This document shows, piece by piece, positions 12,101-23,588 of a stretch of 64,000 bases of DNA. The notes beneath the pieces are model-generated. The model was not told where the DNA came from, did no database searches, and was given only the letters and a program-made list of their open reading frames with translations. The stretch is from Picochlorum sp. SENEW3. Taxonomy: Eukaryota. The translations under genes and the position numbers were made by a program. Numbering within the stretch: the stretch's first letter is position 1; every line of letters begins with the position of its first letter. The DNA is taken from positions 434,001-498,000 of the forward strand of contig CP120454.1 of NCBI GenBank assembly GCA_034226945.1, written 5' to 3'.

Positions 12101-12990
12101 CTACTCCACGGCATACGTCCATTTGATTGTCTTGGGGACATCCGAGTAGCTGTTTGGGCCAAAATCAGTGCTTCCCTGCACATAGATTGTCTTTTTCTTT
12201 CCGCAATACTTTCCTTCATACCGAGCAATCGCGTCGAATTGCATTCCTCTGTTATTGTCGAAGCAAAAGTCCTTGAGGGTGAGTGATACATTTTCTGGGT
12301 ACTGACACTTTGACTTCTTTTTGAATGCATTTACGGCAGTTTGCCGCATAAGTCCATCCAAATAACAGAAGTCTTTTCCACTGTCCTCGGGGAAGCGGTA
12401 GCTGTCAGAGTTGCAATCAACACATACACCATTCTTTCGAACGAGTGCCACAAAGCGAGATGTGTACCCATCTCCTGAAGCGTAGGGTTTGCCAGCAAAG
12501 CAAGATTTGCGGTTCTCGGTCTTGATTTTTTTTGTAGCCACCTTCTTAGCCTTGATAGTTTTTGTCACTTTGGCATTGCATTTTGCTACCTTTCTCGTGC
12601 ATTTCTTGTAGTTGTTCTCACACACGCCACACTTGGATCCCTTGCAAGGAAGGCACTTGCTCCTTTTACTGTTGAGTCCATATCCTGTACACAAAAGAGT
12701 ATACTTTGACATCCAACTATTTTTTTTCCTTTTTCTCGATCCAACATACCTGGTTTGCATCCAGACCCTCTGTCACCGTCACTCTTGCAAGAAGAGTAGT
12801 CATCCAAGCAGTACTGGCAGTTCTTTACGGCGCATGGCTTGCAGTCACCCGGTTCTGCTGGACCATATGGAAATATATCGGGACTACTTACGCCAGAACC
12901 GATATCGCACTTTGGTGGAGGAACCGCAGCAGCCTGCCTTCCGAATAGAAAAACACCAACAACGAGTGCGACGGTAGTAATACGCATCAT
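12101..12990 (-). CDS. Secreted cysteine-rich protein with CxxC furin/VSP-like repeats (intron 12749-12685)
   Basis: Signal peptide. A GTATGT...TACAG intron joins two ORFs to give CKPCAVKNCQYC...CKPGYGL...CLPCKGSKCGVC; Lys-rich C-terminal half. Confidence 0.75.
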
Positions 12991-13431
12991 GACAACGCTT
13001 CTCTTTGTGTACTCCGGAAATTGTACAAGAAATAATCTTTTTTCTTCTAGAGATGACCTTCAAACCGTTGCCGTAGTCGATCAGAACTGGATATAGTCAT
13101 CCGGATCCCGGATCAATCCGAACGCGCCCACCGCGCGCGGTGGGGGGGCGCCCTGCGAGCTATCCTTCGATGCAGTAGATCCGTTCAAACCTGGAACTGT
13201 ACTCCAGAGTACAGTCTCTCATACGACTAGTACTACTGCTGCTACTACAATCTGAGAGGGATCTCTCATCATATGAGTGCGCGAGATGGTCCTCCTTGAC
13301 ACCTGACTACGAAAGGTCGTGAGATGACATGTATGTACAACAATAGATGGTTCGCTCTCCCTCCACAATGAAAGAAAAGTCATTAAATATACTACTAGTA
13401 TTTAGTAATTAGTAGTCATGATAGCAATACG

Positions 13432-14226
13432 ATGGCATCTGGTCACGTGTTGAAGAAATTCCAATCGCATTATCATGCACTGGATTCACATGTCCAAGAA
13501 TGGGACACGATGCACGTAGGTATTGCAATGATTCATTTTATCAAACATTTGGTTTTTCAAATATGAGGTTTTGATGCTCGCAGGAGTCGCTCGTCAGATT
13601 AATGGGAACGTTTGCGAACATGTGTGAGAGATTTCCTGTGAGTTTTCTTCTTCTCTCTACCTGTTTGTTGCACCATCTATGCATGGGATACCTTGCCCTA
13701 TAGCATTTCAGTTCTCATGTGATGTGTTCATGATACGTAGGGTTTGACGGAGACTGTGAATTATGGTACATTGTGCCCAGAGGTTGAAGGCATTGTAGCA
13801 AAGGTTGTTGGAAGCCAGGCTGACAGGTTGGCTGGCGTGTACAAAGAGATGCAAAGGAGTGTACTCGATTTGGAAGATGTGTGTCAGCGTATGAGGGCTG
13901 TATATACGCGTGCGCTTGGTTTTGTGCGACAGGAAGCCAGGGTATTGATGGTACAGAGGAGGAACACCAAGACATCCCCAGTGCCACCTGTGCACGAGTG
14001 CCTCGATGGAATTGATAGAATTGTGACAATGTTTGAGCGTGAGACACGAGTGTGTCGGTTGTTAGTTTGGCGAATGGATGGAATGAGTGAGAATGTCGGG
14101 GGCATTCATGTGTTTCGGTCCTGGATCCAGAGCAGTCACCTCATCGATCGGGAAGAGGTGGTCAAACGAATCTATGTCATCAAAGCATCGATAGAAGATG
14201 ACACTATGAATAATAAGAGATTGTAA
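13432..14226 (+). CDS. C1orf109/CK2S-like conserved protein (introns 13516-13583 and 13638-13740)
   Basis: Two phase-0 GT-AG introns extend ORF 13744..14226 to MASGHVLKKFQ. The motifs NYGTL, PPVHECLDG and IDREEV resemble plant members of this family as I recall them. Confidence 0.55.
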
Positions 14227-14343
14227 ATTGTGTATAGATCAAAAGCGCATGGCATGCAACCATGTTCTCTTGCCATGGGAGACATCTTATGAGATACAGA
14301 GCATTCGCTGCATAGGTTTTACAAAGTATTACTGAATTGGACC

Positions 14344-16557
14344 ATGAAGAAGAGTCAAGGAAGAAGGAAAGGGCCACGACTGCCTGGAACACTGTTGAAG
14401 GAACTTGGAAGTTCGTCGGGTGGTGGGAAGGGGCCTGGTCATCGACAGGCATGGAAACGGACGAACGATGTGAAGAGACGCCATGAGGATGTCGGTAAAC
14501 CGAAGAAGAAGAGGCTGTCAGGACGTGGTTCAAAATTTGACGAGCTGGTGCCTCAGTCTGCTACGGCAATGGGTGGTCAAGAGAGGAGAAAGAAAAAGGC
14601 CAGTGTGGATACTCTTCTGAAGGATCCAGAGGAGATACTTCAGAGAAAGCTTGCAAAGAAATTGGGGTTGAAGTCTACTCGTCTGAATGATGGACAGGAT
14701 GGATTGGATGATTTGTTACAAGAGTTTGATGATGTCATGGCTGGAGAGTATTCCGACGCATCGGATTCGTTCGGCTCAGAGTCTGAGCCATCTGTGTCAG
14801 GGTCTGACCTATCTGTATCGCTCGAAGAAGAGAGCTCAGATGATATGGAGGGGGGTCATGAGAGTGTTGATGTGTCGACAAAGTATGTTCCTCCGGCTCT
14901 TCGCAAACGTACTGGTGAAGATGAGAACATATTGAATACGACGAATGAGCAAGAGATGGCTGTCCGAAAGAGAGTGAGGGGATTGATTAATAGAGTGGCT
15001 GAAGCCAACTTGGAGGGGATTGTATCGTACGTTTTTTGCATCATCATCATGATGGATTGTTACATGTGTGTAACCTCTTATGGCATTCTACCGTGTAGGG
15101 AGTTGAGTGATATGTATAAAAATGAAGGAAGGACTTATGTGAGTCAGTCTCTGTCACAGGAACTGATCACTGCTGCGACTGATGGTCCCAGAGCTTCCGA
15201 GAGATTTGCTATTGTTGCAGCAACCTGCGTTGCTAGTCTTGCTGCCAGCACGGAATCATCAGAGGTCATTGCGACATTTTTGTCACACGTAGGGATGGCA
15301 TTGGAAAAATCTTTATCATCCCAGGATTCGCTGTCATGCTCCAACCTTGTGAGGCTGCTGGGTTGTTTGTTTCTTGCCAAAGCAATCAAGCCTGACATTG
15401 TGTTTGACGTTCTAGACAGTTGGGGCGAGGCATTTAGTGATGAACACGTTGTATCAATAGCAGGACTCTTAACAGTAGCAGGATTGGCACTGAGAAAAGC
15501 GGATCCTAGCCAGATGAAGAATTTTGTTGTCAACATTCACGAGAAAGCATCAAATCGTGGTACCATCACCACAAGGGCAAGGGTTATGCTGGATCTCGTC
15601 GTTGACGTTAAGAATAATAGAATGAAGGCTAGAAAAGGAGCTTTGTCAATATCAACAAACGGCTCTGCTACGATAGCAAATGCACTGCCTCCCAATGTGT
15701 CCCATTGGTTCAAGTCACAGAATGTAGATGCTGTTGCTGTTGGAGGAATCTCGTGGAGCAAAATCATCGACCCCCACAGTAAAAAGGGATTTTGGTGGAT
15801 ACCAACCCTTCAAGATACGATTGGTAAACACCAAGAAACCAGGGATGCGGAAGTCACACAAGGCAATGATGCACGAGATGATTTGGCATCCAACAATGAT
15901 GGTGATGCCAGTCTCTTGGCCTTGGCATCAAAACTACGAATGTCTACAGACACGAGAAAGTCAATTTTCCTGGCAGTCATGGGAGGTGAAGATGCAATAG
16001 ATGCGGCAGAAAAGTTGTTGAGATTAAACTTGAAAGGGCAGCAAGAGAGAGAAATCGTGAGAGTTACTGTAGAATGCAGCCTGCACGAAAATGCATGGAA
16101 TCCATATTATGGTCTCCTCCTGTCACGTCTCTGCCAGCTTGCCAAAGGCCATCGTGTCACACTTCAATACTGTATCTGGGATCATGTCAAGGATTGTGAT
16201 AGAATGAACGCGAGGAAGATTGCAATTTTCTCAAAACTTGCTGCATTTGTGGTGACATCAAAAACTCTGCCATTGGCATCAATTGTCAAGGTGTCATCCT
16301 TGTCATCGTCAGAAATGGATGCAAAAGAGTTGCTCTTATGGAGGCTATTTTTCAAATCCACACTGGAAGGATTCACCTCTGATGACGAAATGCGAGCAGT
16401 TTTCATCAAGCTGGTAGAACAGAAAGAACAGGCTCCTGTCAAGCGGCAGGTCAGGAACTTTCTCAGAACACGCATTGGGCCCTGGCTAGCAACAAAAAAC
16501 AATGTATCCCTAGCAATCACGCGTTGCAATAAAGCAGAGCGATATCTTACAAAGTAA
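14344..16557 (+). CDS. NOM1: Nucleolar MIF4G + MA3 protein, NOM1/Sgd1-like (probable in-frame intron 15027-15098)
   Basis: KYVPPALR, RGLINRVAEANLE, RMSTDTRKSIF and EREIVRV...ENAWNPYYG motifs. Confidence 0.85.
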   Translation: MKKSQGRRKGPRLPGTLLKELGSSSGGGKGPGHRQAWKRTNDVKRRHEDVGKPKKKRLSGRGSKFDELVPQSATAMGGQERRKKKASVDTLLKDPEEILQRKLAKKLGLKSTRLNDGQDGLDDLLQEFDDVMAGEYSDASDSFGSESEPSVSGSDLSVSLEEESSDDMEGGHESVDVSTKYVPPALRKRTGEDENILNTTNEQEMAVRKRVRGLINRVAEANLEGIVSYVFCIIIMMDCYMCVTSYGILPCRELSDMYKNEGRTYVSQSLSQELITAATDGPRASERFAIVAATCVASLAASTESSEVIATFLSHVGMALEKSLSSQDSLSCSNLVRLLGCLFLAKAIKPDIVFDVLDSWGEAFSDEHVVSIAGLLTVAGLALRKADPSQMKNFVVNIHEKASNRGTITTRARVMLDLVVDVKNNRMKARKGALSISTNGSATIANALPPNVSHWFKSQNVDAVAVGGISWSKIIDPHSKKGFWWIPTLQDTIGKHQETRDAEVTQGNDARDDLASNNDGDASLLALASKLRMSTDTRKSIFLAVMGGEDAIDAAEKLLRLNLKGQQEREIVRVTVECSLHENAWNPYYGLLLSRLCQLAKGHRVTLQYCIWDHVKDCDRMNARKIAIFSKLAAFVVTSKTLPLASIVKVSSLSSSEMDAKELLLWRLFFKSTLEGFTSDDEMRAVFIKLVEQKEQAPVKRQVRNFLRTRIGPWLATKNNVSLAITRCNKAERYLTK

Positions 16558-16560
16558 TTA

Positions 16561-17370
16561 TCAGGCACAAATATCTTTTAATCCAATCTCAGCAATAGAA
16601 GAGAAAATCTCATCAGGCGCTATTTCCCCCAAGCTCTCCCGCGATAACGTCGTTGCGACAGCTAATACTCTCATATTTGCTGCACGAGCCGCCTGGACTC
16701 CTGCAATCGCATCCTCAATAACCAAACAGCTATCAGGAGTAACGCCCAGTTCCTTTGCTGCTGCCAAGAATATATCTGGGGATGGCTTCAGGTTCTCAAA
16801 TGCATCAGCAGACACGATAGCATCGAATAAAGTCAATGGAATCTCTGCTGCATTGAGGTTCGCATGCACTTTGACAAGATCCGCACTACTGGCCACGGCA
16901 GTCTTCAGCCCAGTCTCACGGCATGCCTGAACGAGTTCTCTTGCCCCTGCATATCCTATTCCAGACCCAGGCACCGCATATTTGCTCAAGTAGATCTCAA
17001 AAAACTTTTCCTTACAAATGTCTACATCAAAATCATCTACTCCATGCTTTTTTGCAACACCACCAAGAAAATTTGCTTCACCAGTACCTGTGAAGGCAAT
17101 GAACTCATCAGGTGAGACCTCAATCCCGTACAATGCCTGCATTGTCTCTGCTCCAGCTTGACGAGAAACTATTTCTGAGTTGCAGAGAACTCCATCCATA
17201 TCAAACAGCACTGCTTCGATGCCCCCTGTTGCCATCACCACTTGCCTCTTGGCCTCAAGACCCCTGCCTCTGGTCTTGCCACAAGGGCTAGCAAGGAAAT
17301 TCCTGCAACAAGGGCTAGCAAGGAAATTCCTGCCACGATGGCACAATTGATGGCCGTAGGCTATCATCAT
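16561..17370 (-). CDS. Plastid HAD-like hydrolase, stand-alone homolog of the SOQ1 HAD domain
   Basis: FDMDGVLCNSE, GTGEANFLGGVA, VASSAD, ADAFENLKPSPDIFLAAA and IEDAIAG motifs; transit-peptide-like N-terminus. Confidence 0.85.
   Translation of the reverse strand: MMIAYGHQLCHRGRNFLASPCCRNFLASPCGKTRGRGLEAKRQVVMATGGIEAVLFDMDGVLCNSEIVSRQAGAETMQALYGIEVSPDEFIAFTGTGEANFLGGVAKKHGVDDFDVDICKEKFFEIYLSKYAVPGSGIGYAGARELVQACRETGLKTAVASSADLVKVHANLNAAEIPLTLFDAIVSADAFENLKPSPDIFLAAAKELGVTPDSCLVIEDAIAGVQAARAANMRVLAVATTLSRESLGEIAPDEIFSSIAEIGLKDICA
17281..17334. repeat. 27-bp tandem duplication in the transit peptide (RNFLASPC twice)
   Basis: acaagggctagcaaggaaattcctgc[a/c] occurs twice in tandem. Confidence 0.95.
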
Positions 17371-17604
17371 ATATACTATATATCAACACTACTCACCGAT
17401 TAATGCAACAGTATTGCACTGCGCTGTGCGCATGGCGATCAAATCGTCCTAAATAAAACATTAAAACGAATCTCTGCATCTGCAGTGCCTCCACCACCAC
17501 ACATTGCATATCTTCACCACTCACCTGTCCGGTCTCGTATAATTTTCCCCATTAAATCACATTATTGTATTGAGAGCTACACATATTCACCAATTTTACA
17601 CAGT

Positions 17605-18090
17605 ATGATGATCTCACAGCAATCCTTGGGAAGGGCCTGCCATGTGCCACTCTGTATGCGTCAGTCACAAAGTGGCCTCAGAATCAGTCAGCGCCGCGCT
17701 GTCCTTGTCCGAGCAGAAAAAGATGATGATCCAAAGTTGTCATTCAAGTCCAACGACAGAGCAGGCCTTGGATTTACCGAAAGCGACTCTGCTGGACAGA
17801 CAAACATTTTTGCTGTTGAACCAAAGAGTTATGTACAAGGTTCCAGAAACGATGGAACAAGCGATGCCCAGGATAGCACGCAGGGAGGTGCTGCTATCGC
17901 CGGGACTGTAGCAGTTGGTGCTGTCGTGGCTGGTTTGATTTTGCTGAGTGGAGGGGATCCAGATGTGGTGTCTGGTCCAGAGGCTGGTTTGAAGCCATTG
18001 TCAGAGTATGCTAGTCAGTTCACCCAGGAAGTCAGTATCAGCAGCAGCAGCAGTAGTAGCCCAAGTGCTCCAGAGATTGTTGATATGTAA
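17605..18090 (+). CDS. Single-TM thylakoid protein, MPH1/Psb34-like
   Basis: Transit peptide ending ..VRA, NIFAVEPKSYV motif, one TM helix, LSEYASQF and an S/P-rich tail. Confidence 0.6.
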   Translation: MMISQQSLGRACHVPLCMRQSQSGLRISQRRAVLVRAEKDDDPKLSFKSNDRAGLGFTESDSAGQTNIFAVEPKSYVQGSRNDGTSDAQDSTQGGAAIAGTVAVGAVVAGLILLSGGDPDVVSGPEAGLKPLSEYASQFTQEVSISSSSSSSPSAPEIVDM

Positions 18091-18196
18091 ATGATATGTT
18101 TTTTTCTCCTTGGCATGTAAAAACTTGCACTGATGCACATCAACTGACCCTCGGGATACTTGTCAATCGTGCGAAATAGAAGCGCGCAGTACTAAA

Positions 18197-19715
18197 ATGA
18201 ATTTTTTTGATTTATCAGAGTTGGACAAACTCTCTGACACCAAGAAAAAGGGTGGGCAATTGAGGAGGTCCATTCCGAATGTCTTGGCTAAGGCGGTACG
18301 TGTACACGTGTTCCTGTTTGCTGCTGTGACCCATTAAATGAAGTCATGAGCATTAATGTCTGCAGAAGCCGAAGGCTGGTGGTGCTGACAAGGGTGGGGC
18401 GGTGACGAGAGAAAGGAAGGCGAATGTGCAGGAGCACGGAGTGCGGGACTCTGGGACCGCAAATGAGGAGGTGCCATCGTCGTCAGCTCGTTGTGAAGAG
18501 AAGGTTCCAATCATCCACGATAAGAAAACGAAGGAGAAGGGCGAGGTATTCATTCCGAGTCAGCATACTGAACTGCTTGAATCTTTGTCGACTCCTGGTC
18601 GTCGTTCTGGGAGAACAGATGCCGAGAAGCAAAAGAAAAAGGTAGCAAAAAGAAAAGAGGAGGCTGGTAAAGGCTTGGAAGAGCTGCATAGAGCCGCTCA
18701 TCTGTCTCACTATGAGGGGGCTGACGATATATCAAAGGTAATCAAGGCAGAGCCTTTGGAGGAGAGAAAGCAGAGGATTCTTGCGCAGAATTTGGTAAGG
18801 AAAAAGAGAGGAAGGCCGAGGAAAAGCGATGCTTCTGATAATAAGAAGAAAAGGATGACAAAAGACTCTTCTGTATCTAGTCAGCAAGACCAAGAGCTTG
18901 GGCCTGATCAGGAACTGGGGGATTCGAGAGATGGGGAGGAGGATACTCAAAAATCTATGGGACGACAAAGCAGTAGTGCTACTGTAAGAAGGAATCAAAA
19001 AGATGCATTGGTCAAAGTTGAAGATGAGGATCAAGATGATGCCACTCAAAAGAAGCAGACGCATGACACCTTAGCAGATAAAAAATTGGATGCCGAGAAT
19101 TGGTCGTTGAAAGATATTGTAAAGTGGGGAAATGCAAGGGAAAGGAGGTTGGCCAAGGAGCATGCGAAGACTAAGCCAGCACAGCCATCCCCGCCCCCAG
19201 AGCCTATCCAGGAAAAGGAGCCTCAACATTTGCATCCAAAAGTCACAGTAAAAGATGGCAAAGTTGTTGTTGATAAAGCAAGTTTGACTGTTGCAGCACA
19301 GCAGAAAGAACAATATACCAAAGTTGTGACAGAGGATACACACAGGGTCAATTCCATGTCGTATGTGAATCGACTCTCAAATGACAGATGGAGTGTCGAA
19401 GATACAGAGCTTTTCTTCAGAGTGCGTTTGAAAGTTTCTTTTTTGAATGATTTTGATGCATGGTACCAGTTTTGATTTTCCTTTCCTTCTCTTGTGCAGG
19501 CTTTAAGTCAGTTTGGCACAGATTTCACATTAATTGCGCAATTGTTCCCTGGCAGGCAACGAAAGCATTTGAAGAAGAAGTTTTGCAAAGAAGGAAAACA
19601 TAATGCTGCGCGTATTGACGAGGCGATGAAAGCGTCCGCGCATGCCACAATAAGCAGTTACAGGGATATGATTAGACTGTTGCGGGAAAGTGGGATGAAT
19701 GTTGGTAGTTCTTGA
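18197..19715 (+). CDS. BDP1: TFIIIB B'' subunit BDP1-like (introns 18296-18365 and 19422-19499)
   Basis: Spliced SANT domain RWSVEDTELFFRALSQFGTDFTLIAQLFPGRQRKHLKKKFCKE, preceded by PKVTVKDGKVVVDKASL. Confidence 0.85.
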
Positions 19716-19805
19716 GTTGGAAATAAAGAAGCAGAGCCATTCACTTTTTTGAAAAGTTTATCTGCATCATTGTTGTAACAATACATTTGACAAAATAGAT
19801 AAGCA

Positions 19806-22800
19806 TTATTGGCCAAGAAGGAGGGCATGGAATTCTCCAGTTTTCGCATAAATTTCCTTTGAGGATCCAACAGAGTCTTGAGGGAACACTGTAACACGAA
19901 TCATGATATTTCGCATTGAGGCATCTCTGTCACTTGCGTTAGCCTTCAAAAAGATTTCCTTTGATTGAGAAGGCTCTATCAATCCCCTGGCTGGCCTGAC
20001 TTCCACAACCAATGCATCCTCTGGGCGAACAGGGTGAATGGTGAAAAATATAACATTCTTGCCTTTGTTTTGAATATGAACCATTTGATCTGGCATGTGA
20101 AAAGGGTGTAATCGGAGCGTATGCGGTGCTATGCTAAATCTTGGGATACTATCACGCAGTGGTATATGCTTGGACAAGATGTCAGCAACAGTGTCTCGCT
20201 TCCTCACAGCATCTGTCTTTGTCAGTAGGACTTTGAAAGCACCATAAACTGGTTTGTGGTCGCTATCAACTACGTCCATCCAGCAGCTGTACTCTGTAGG
20301 AATAATTGAGATTTTCCTTTCCGAGTCAATCAATGAATCTGGTAGTGGGGAAGGTTTGTTGGACGTAAGCGGAACGTTTCCCCTGTACATGATTCTGTCA
20401 CACCATGCTGGTATTCTCCTCTTTTCGGAAGAATCATAAGCCAACTCCCCTGTTGCTCCCTTATCGAATTTGTACGTTGGAGGAAACGCTATTTCGGGTT
20501 CTTCGAATCCTTTGAAAACTCTACCGCTGGTGTGCTCTCTCTTTAGTTGGTCGCAAAGAAGAAGAGGGTGTAATTCTCTGGCAGCAATCAACTCACACAC
20601 TTGCTCATAATTACCATCTATGCGATAGTTAAAATCTCCCATCCATAAAACGCCGTCTACATATCGCAGAAACTCATTTTCTGAATTGTTTGGTGGACTT
20701 TGCGTGGAATCTTTTGCGCCACCAGATTGCGTCGAAAACACATCATCCTCTATAGCGGACTCCTCCTGAGACGGCAGGTTCTCATCAACATAGTCAGTCT
20801 CATCATCATCTTCTTCAAAAATACTTTGCACAGTCTTGAAATTCAGGTCCTTTAGAACGGTATAATAGTTGGCATTTCGCACGTCTACTGCATGTTGATG
20901 GGCAGCAAAGTGAGAACAGATGAATGCAAAGTGATGTCTGAAAAGGGTGAGCTGAACAGCAACAGCACCCTTATTGCCTCCAACTCCTAGAATACCACAG
21001 GCAACAGCCGAGGTATGTACGGCGCCCAGGTCCTTTGATATGTTTGTTCTTGCAAATACCATGACTATCATACCACTGAGCTGCCTCAAAGATACATTAT
21101 ACCAATGTCTCCCCAAGGATGCTGATGTAGTATTGACCCAGAACTGGGCATTCGCATTTCCCCTTTCCTGGGATTTCGCCGACAGAGTTTCCTTAGCTAC
21201 TGCAATAGCTACCGATGTTCCTCCCATTTCTACCTCTTGCAAGGAAATGACAATCAATGACTTATCGCTGGAGTTCTCACTGATCCATCGAAAGAAAGGG
21301 GATGATGGACTAGGCCTCGACTCCCCACAATTCCAAGTGACAGCTAAAACACCCAGCGATGCTCTTGAAAAGCAAGGAGCACCGAGGGCTTTAAATTCTC
21401 TCCAACAAGATTCATGTATTCTAGGCCCTTGCTCAACGCTCCACCCAGATATTGAACCATCTGCTGCTAATGTGTATGCTCTGATGCCAACTTGCGTTAT
21501 TGATTTCAGAGAACATCTATGGGCTCTAAACCTCCCTCGCACTGTCTTCTCATCGATTCCAATTCGCACAATATCTCCTAGTAAGGTACCAACCCAAATC
21601 TCCCTGCCAATACAAGCCATGCATGCTATATCAACACCCAGCATGATGGAATCTTGCAGTTTTCCTGCTGCCGAGTAAATTTCTATATTGCCCTTCAGGT
21701 ATGCCACCCATATTGTGTTATCGAAAGGAGCAATCATAGAGAAAATATCCGACCTCAGCACCTGTGCAGGAGCTGCCTCCATTGAATTCTTTTCAAGTGT
21801 ATGCTTGCTAATAGAGGATGTGCCTGAGAGTTTCCCACCCAATTTACCAAAAAGCTTTACAGCTTTACCAGCTCCATCTGTTATCCTCTCCGTCAACTCA
21901 ACAACACTGCGTTCACTTAATTGTGCCCATGATTCCTGTTGAGAATGGCAATATCCATAGTCTTCCCTCGTGGGCCTCCACAAGACTGCACCATTCAGTG
22001 GGTCAACCTCCATGCCTTTATCTTTCTCAATCACCGGTGTACCCGAGCTCTCGCTGAAGAAGTTTGCCCTTTTCAGTGGGCTAGAGCCATTCGAATGGCC
22101 AATCATTCCATAGCACATTCCGCTACCAACATCCCACAACAAAATATCTTTTGCAGTGGCGCTCCAAATAATATATCCATCAGCAGCACTATGCAAAGCA
22201 ATAATCTTTGACCCATGGGCTCTATCGAATGCACTTCGCCGCAATTCTCTTGCTTTTGTTTCGTTATCGGACGAAAATGGTTTGAACATGCTCACAATTG
22301 TTGGTGGTCCAGCTGCATGTGGCCAAACCCTCATGACTCCCCGACTACTCCCAGTCCACAAGGCACCATCTATTGCAACAGTCATAGCAGACACGTATCC
22401 AACTCTAAAAGCGCGCCATTGATGAATCAAATGCTCTCTCGCTAAAGCTTTGGCATTGATATCCTGCACAGAATACCCACTGACCCAACCTTCCCTGTCA
22501 GCCACCCACATAACACTCCGGTCATGATCCATGTAGCAGCACGAAATCTTCTTGTTTTTATATGTTATGTTCTCTATTTCCACACAGGTCGCAGCATCAC
22601 TATCTTCTCGAGGACACGCAACCGCCTGATGTGGCTTTGTTGCTGCAAATCTCAGCAGTGATTTGCTAGGTTCTTCAACTGCCTCCAACTTGGCAATCTT
22701 GCCCTCTGCTGAGCCCCATATCAACATTCCATTTCCAAATGACGGGTATGCAAACAAAAATCCATCGACACCGATCAGTGCATTCAATTTCGCCGACTCG

Positions 22801-23588
22801 TCCAACTTGAGCGGAGGATATCTCACTTCATATGCCAATGGAGGAAGGGAAGTATAACTCCCCGCAGCTTTTAGCTCCCTTCCAACCAATGGCTTCATAT
22901 TCGATGTCACATCTTCAATCCCCAAAGATGATCTCTCACCTACATCTACCTTTCTCGGACTTTGCAGTTCGGGAGCCTCCAATGGCCCCGCACCAACCTC
23001 TGCCCAAACGTCCGGATCCAATGCCGCCATCAATAGCTCCTCATTCTCCATATCATATCCCTTCTGTACAAAAGCAACTAGGCGCAAAAACAATGAAAAC
23101 TGATGGCGATTCAACCCTCTAATACCCGTCTGCTGATGAGGAGGCTTGACACTCTTCCAAATATCACTCAGCACAGATGTTGGTAATCCAGTCCTCTGAA
23201 AAAACTCCCTGGCCTTCTGACCACCGACCAACCCTTTCTCATCGCAAGATTCCCGAAAATACTCTTCTATTTGCTCGTTACTCAGCCCATCCACCGCAAC
23301 ATATCCATCATCCATCAACTTGGCCTTGGCTATCAAGTCCGCTGCAACAGCAGATATAGACTCTCGCTTTGGAGGCGGGGGTGGATCCCGTTTCGGTTGC
23401 ACATCCTACACATAGCATAAAATTAGTAACAGATGCAGCACGACTCTGAGTGCCCATACGCAGCACACACGCACCTCTGCTGCTTGACATTTTTCTTCCG
23501 GGTGGCCAATAGCAGTGCCCATACCATCGTTATCCTCGTTCTCACTAACCTCCCCCGATCCTGTTAACAAATCAATTTTAGACAGCAT
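19806..23588 (-). CDS. Type II inositol polyphosphate 5-phosphatase with N-terminal EH domain and WD40 region (short first exon plus intron near 23473-23406)
   Basis: VTWNCGE, GNKGAVA, SHFAAHQ, WMGDFNYR, PPTYKF, RIPAWCDRI and SDHKPV catalytic motifs; EH-like AREFFQRTGLPTSVLSDIW. Confidence 0.9.

Noticed and set aside
12586..12760. Apparent frameshift at an A-run between two overlapping Cys-rich ORFs
   Set aside because: A canonical 65-nt GT-AG intron (12749-12685) spans the A-run and restores the frame.
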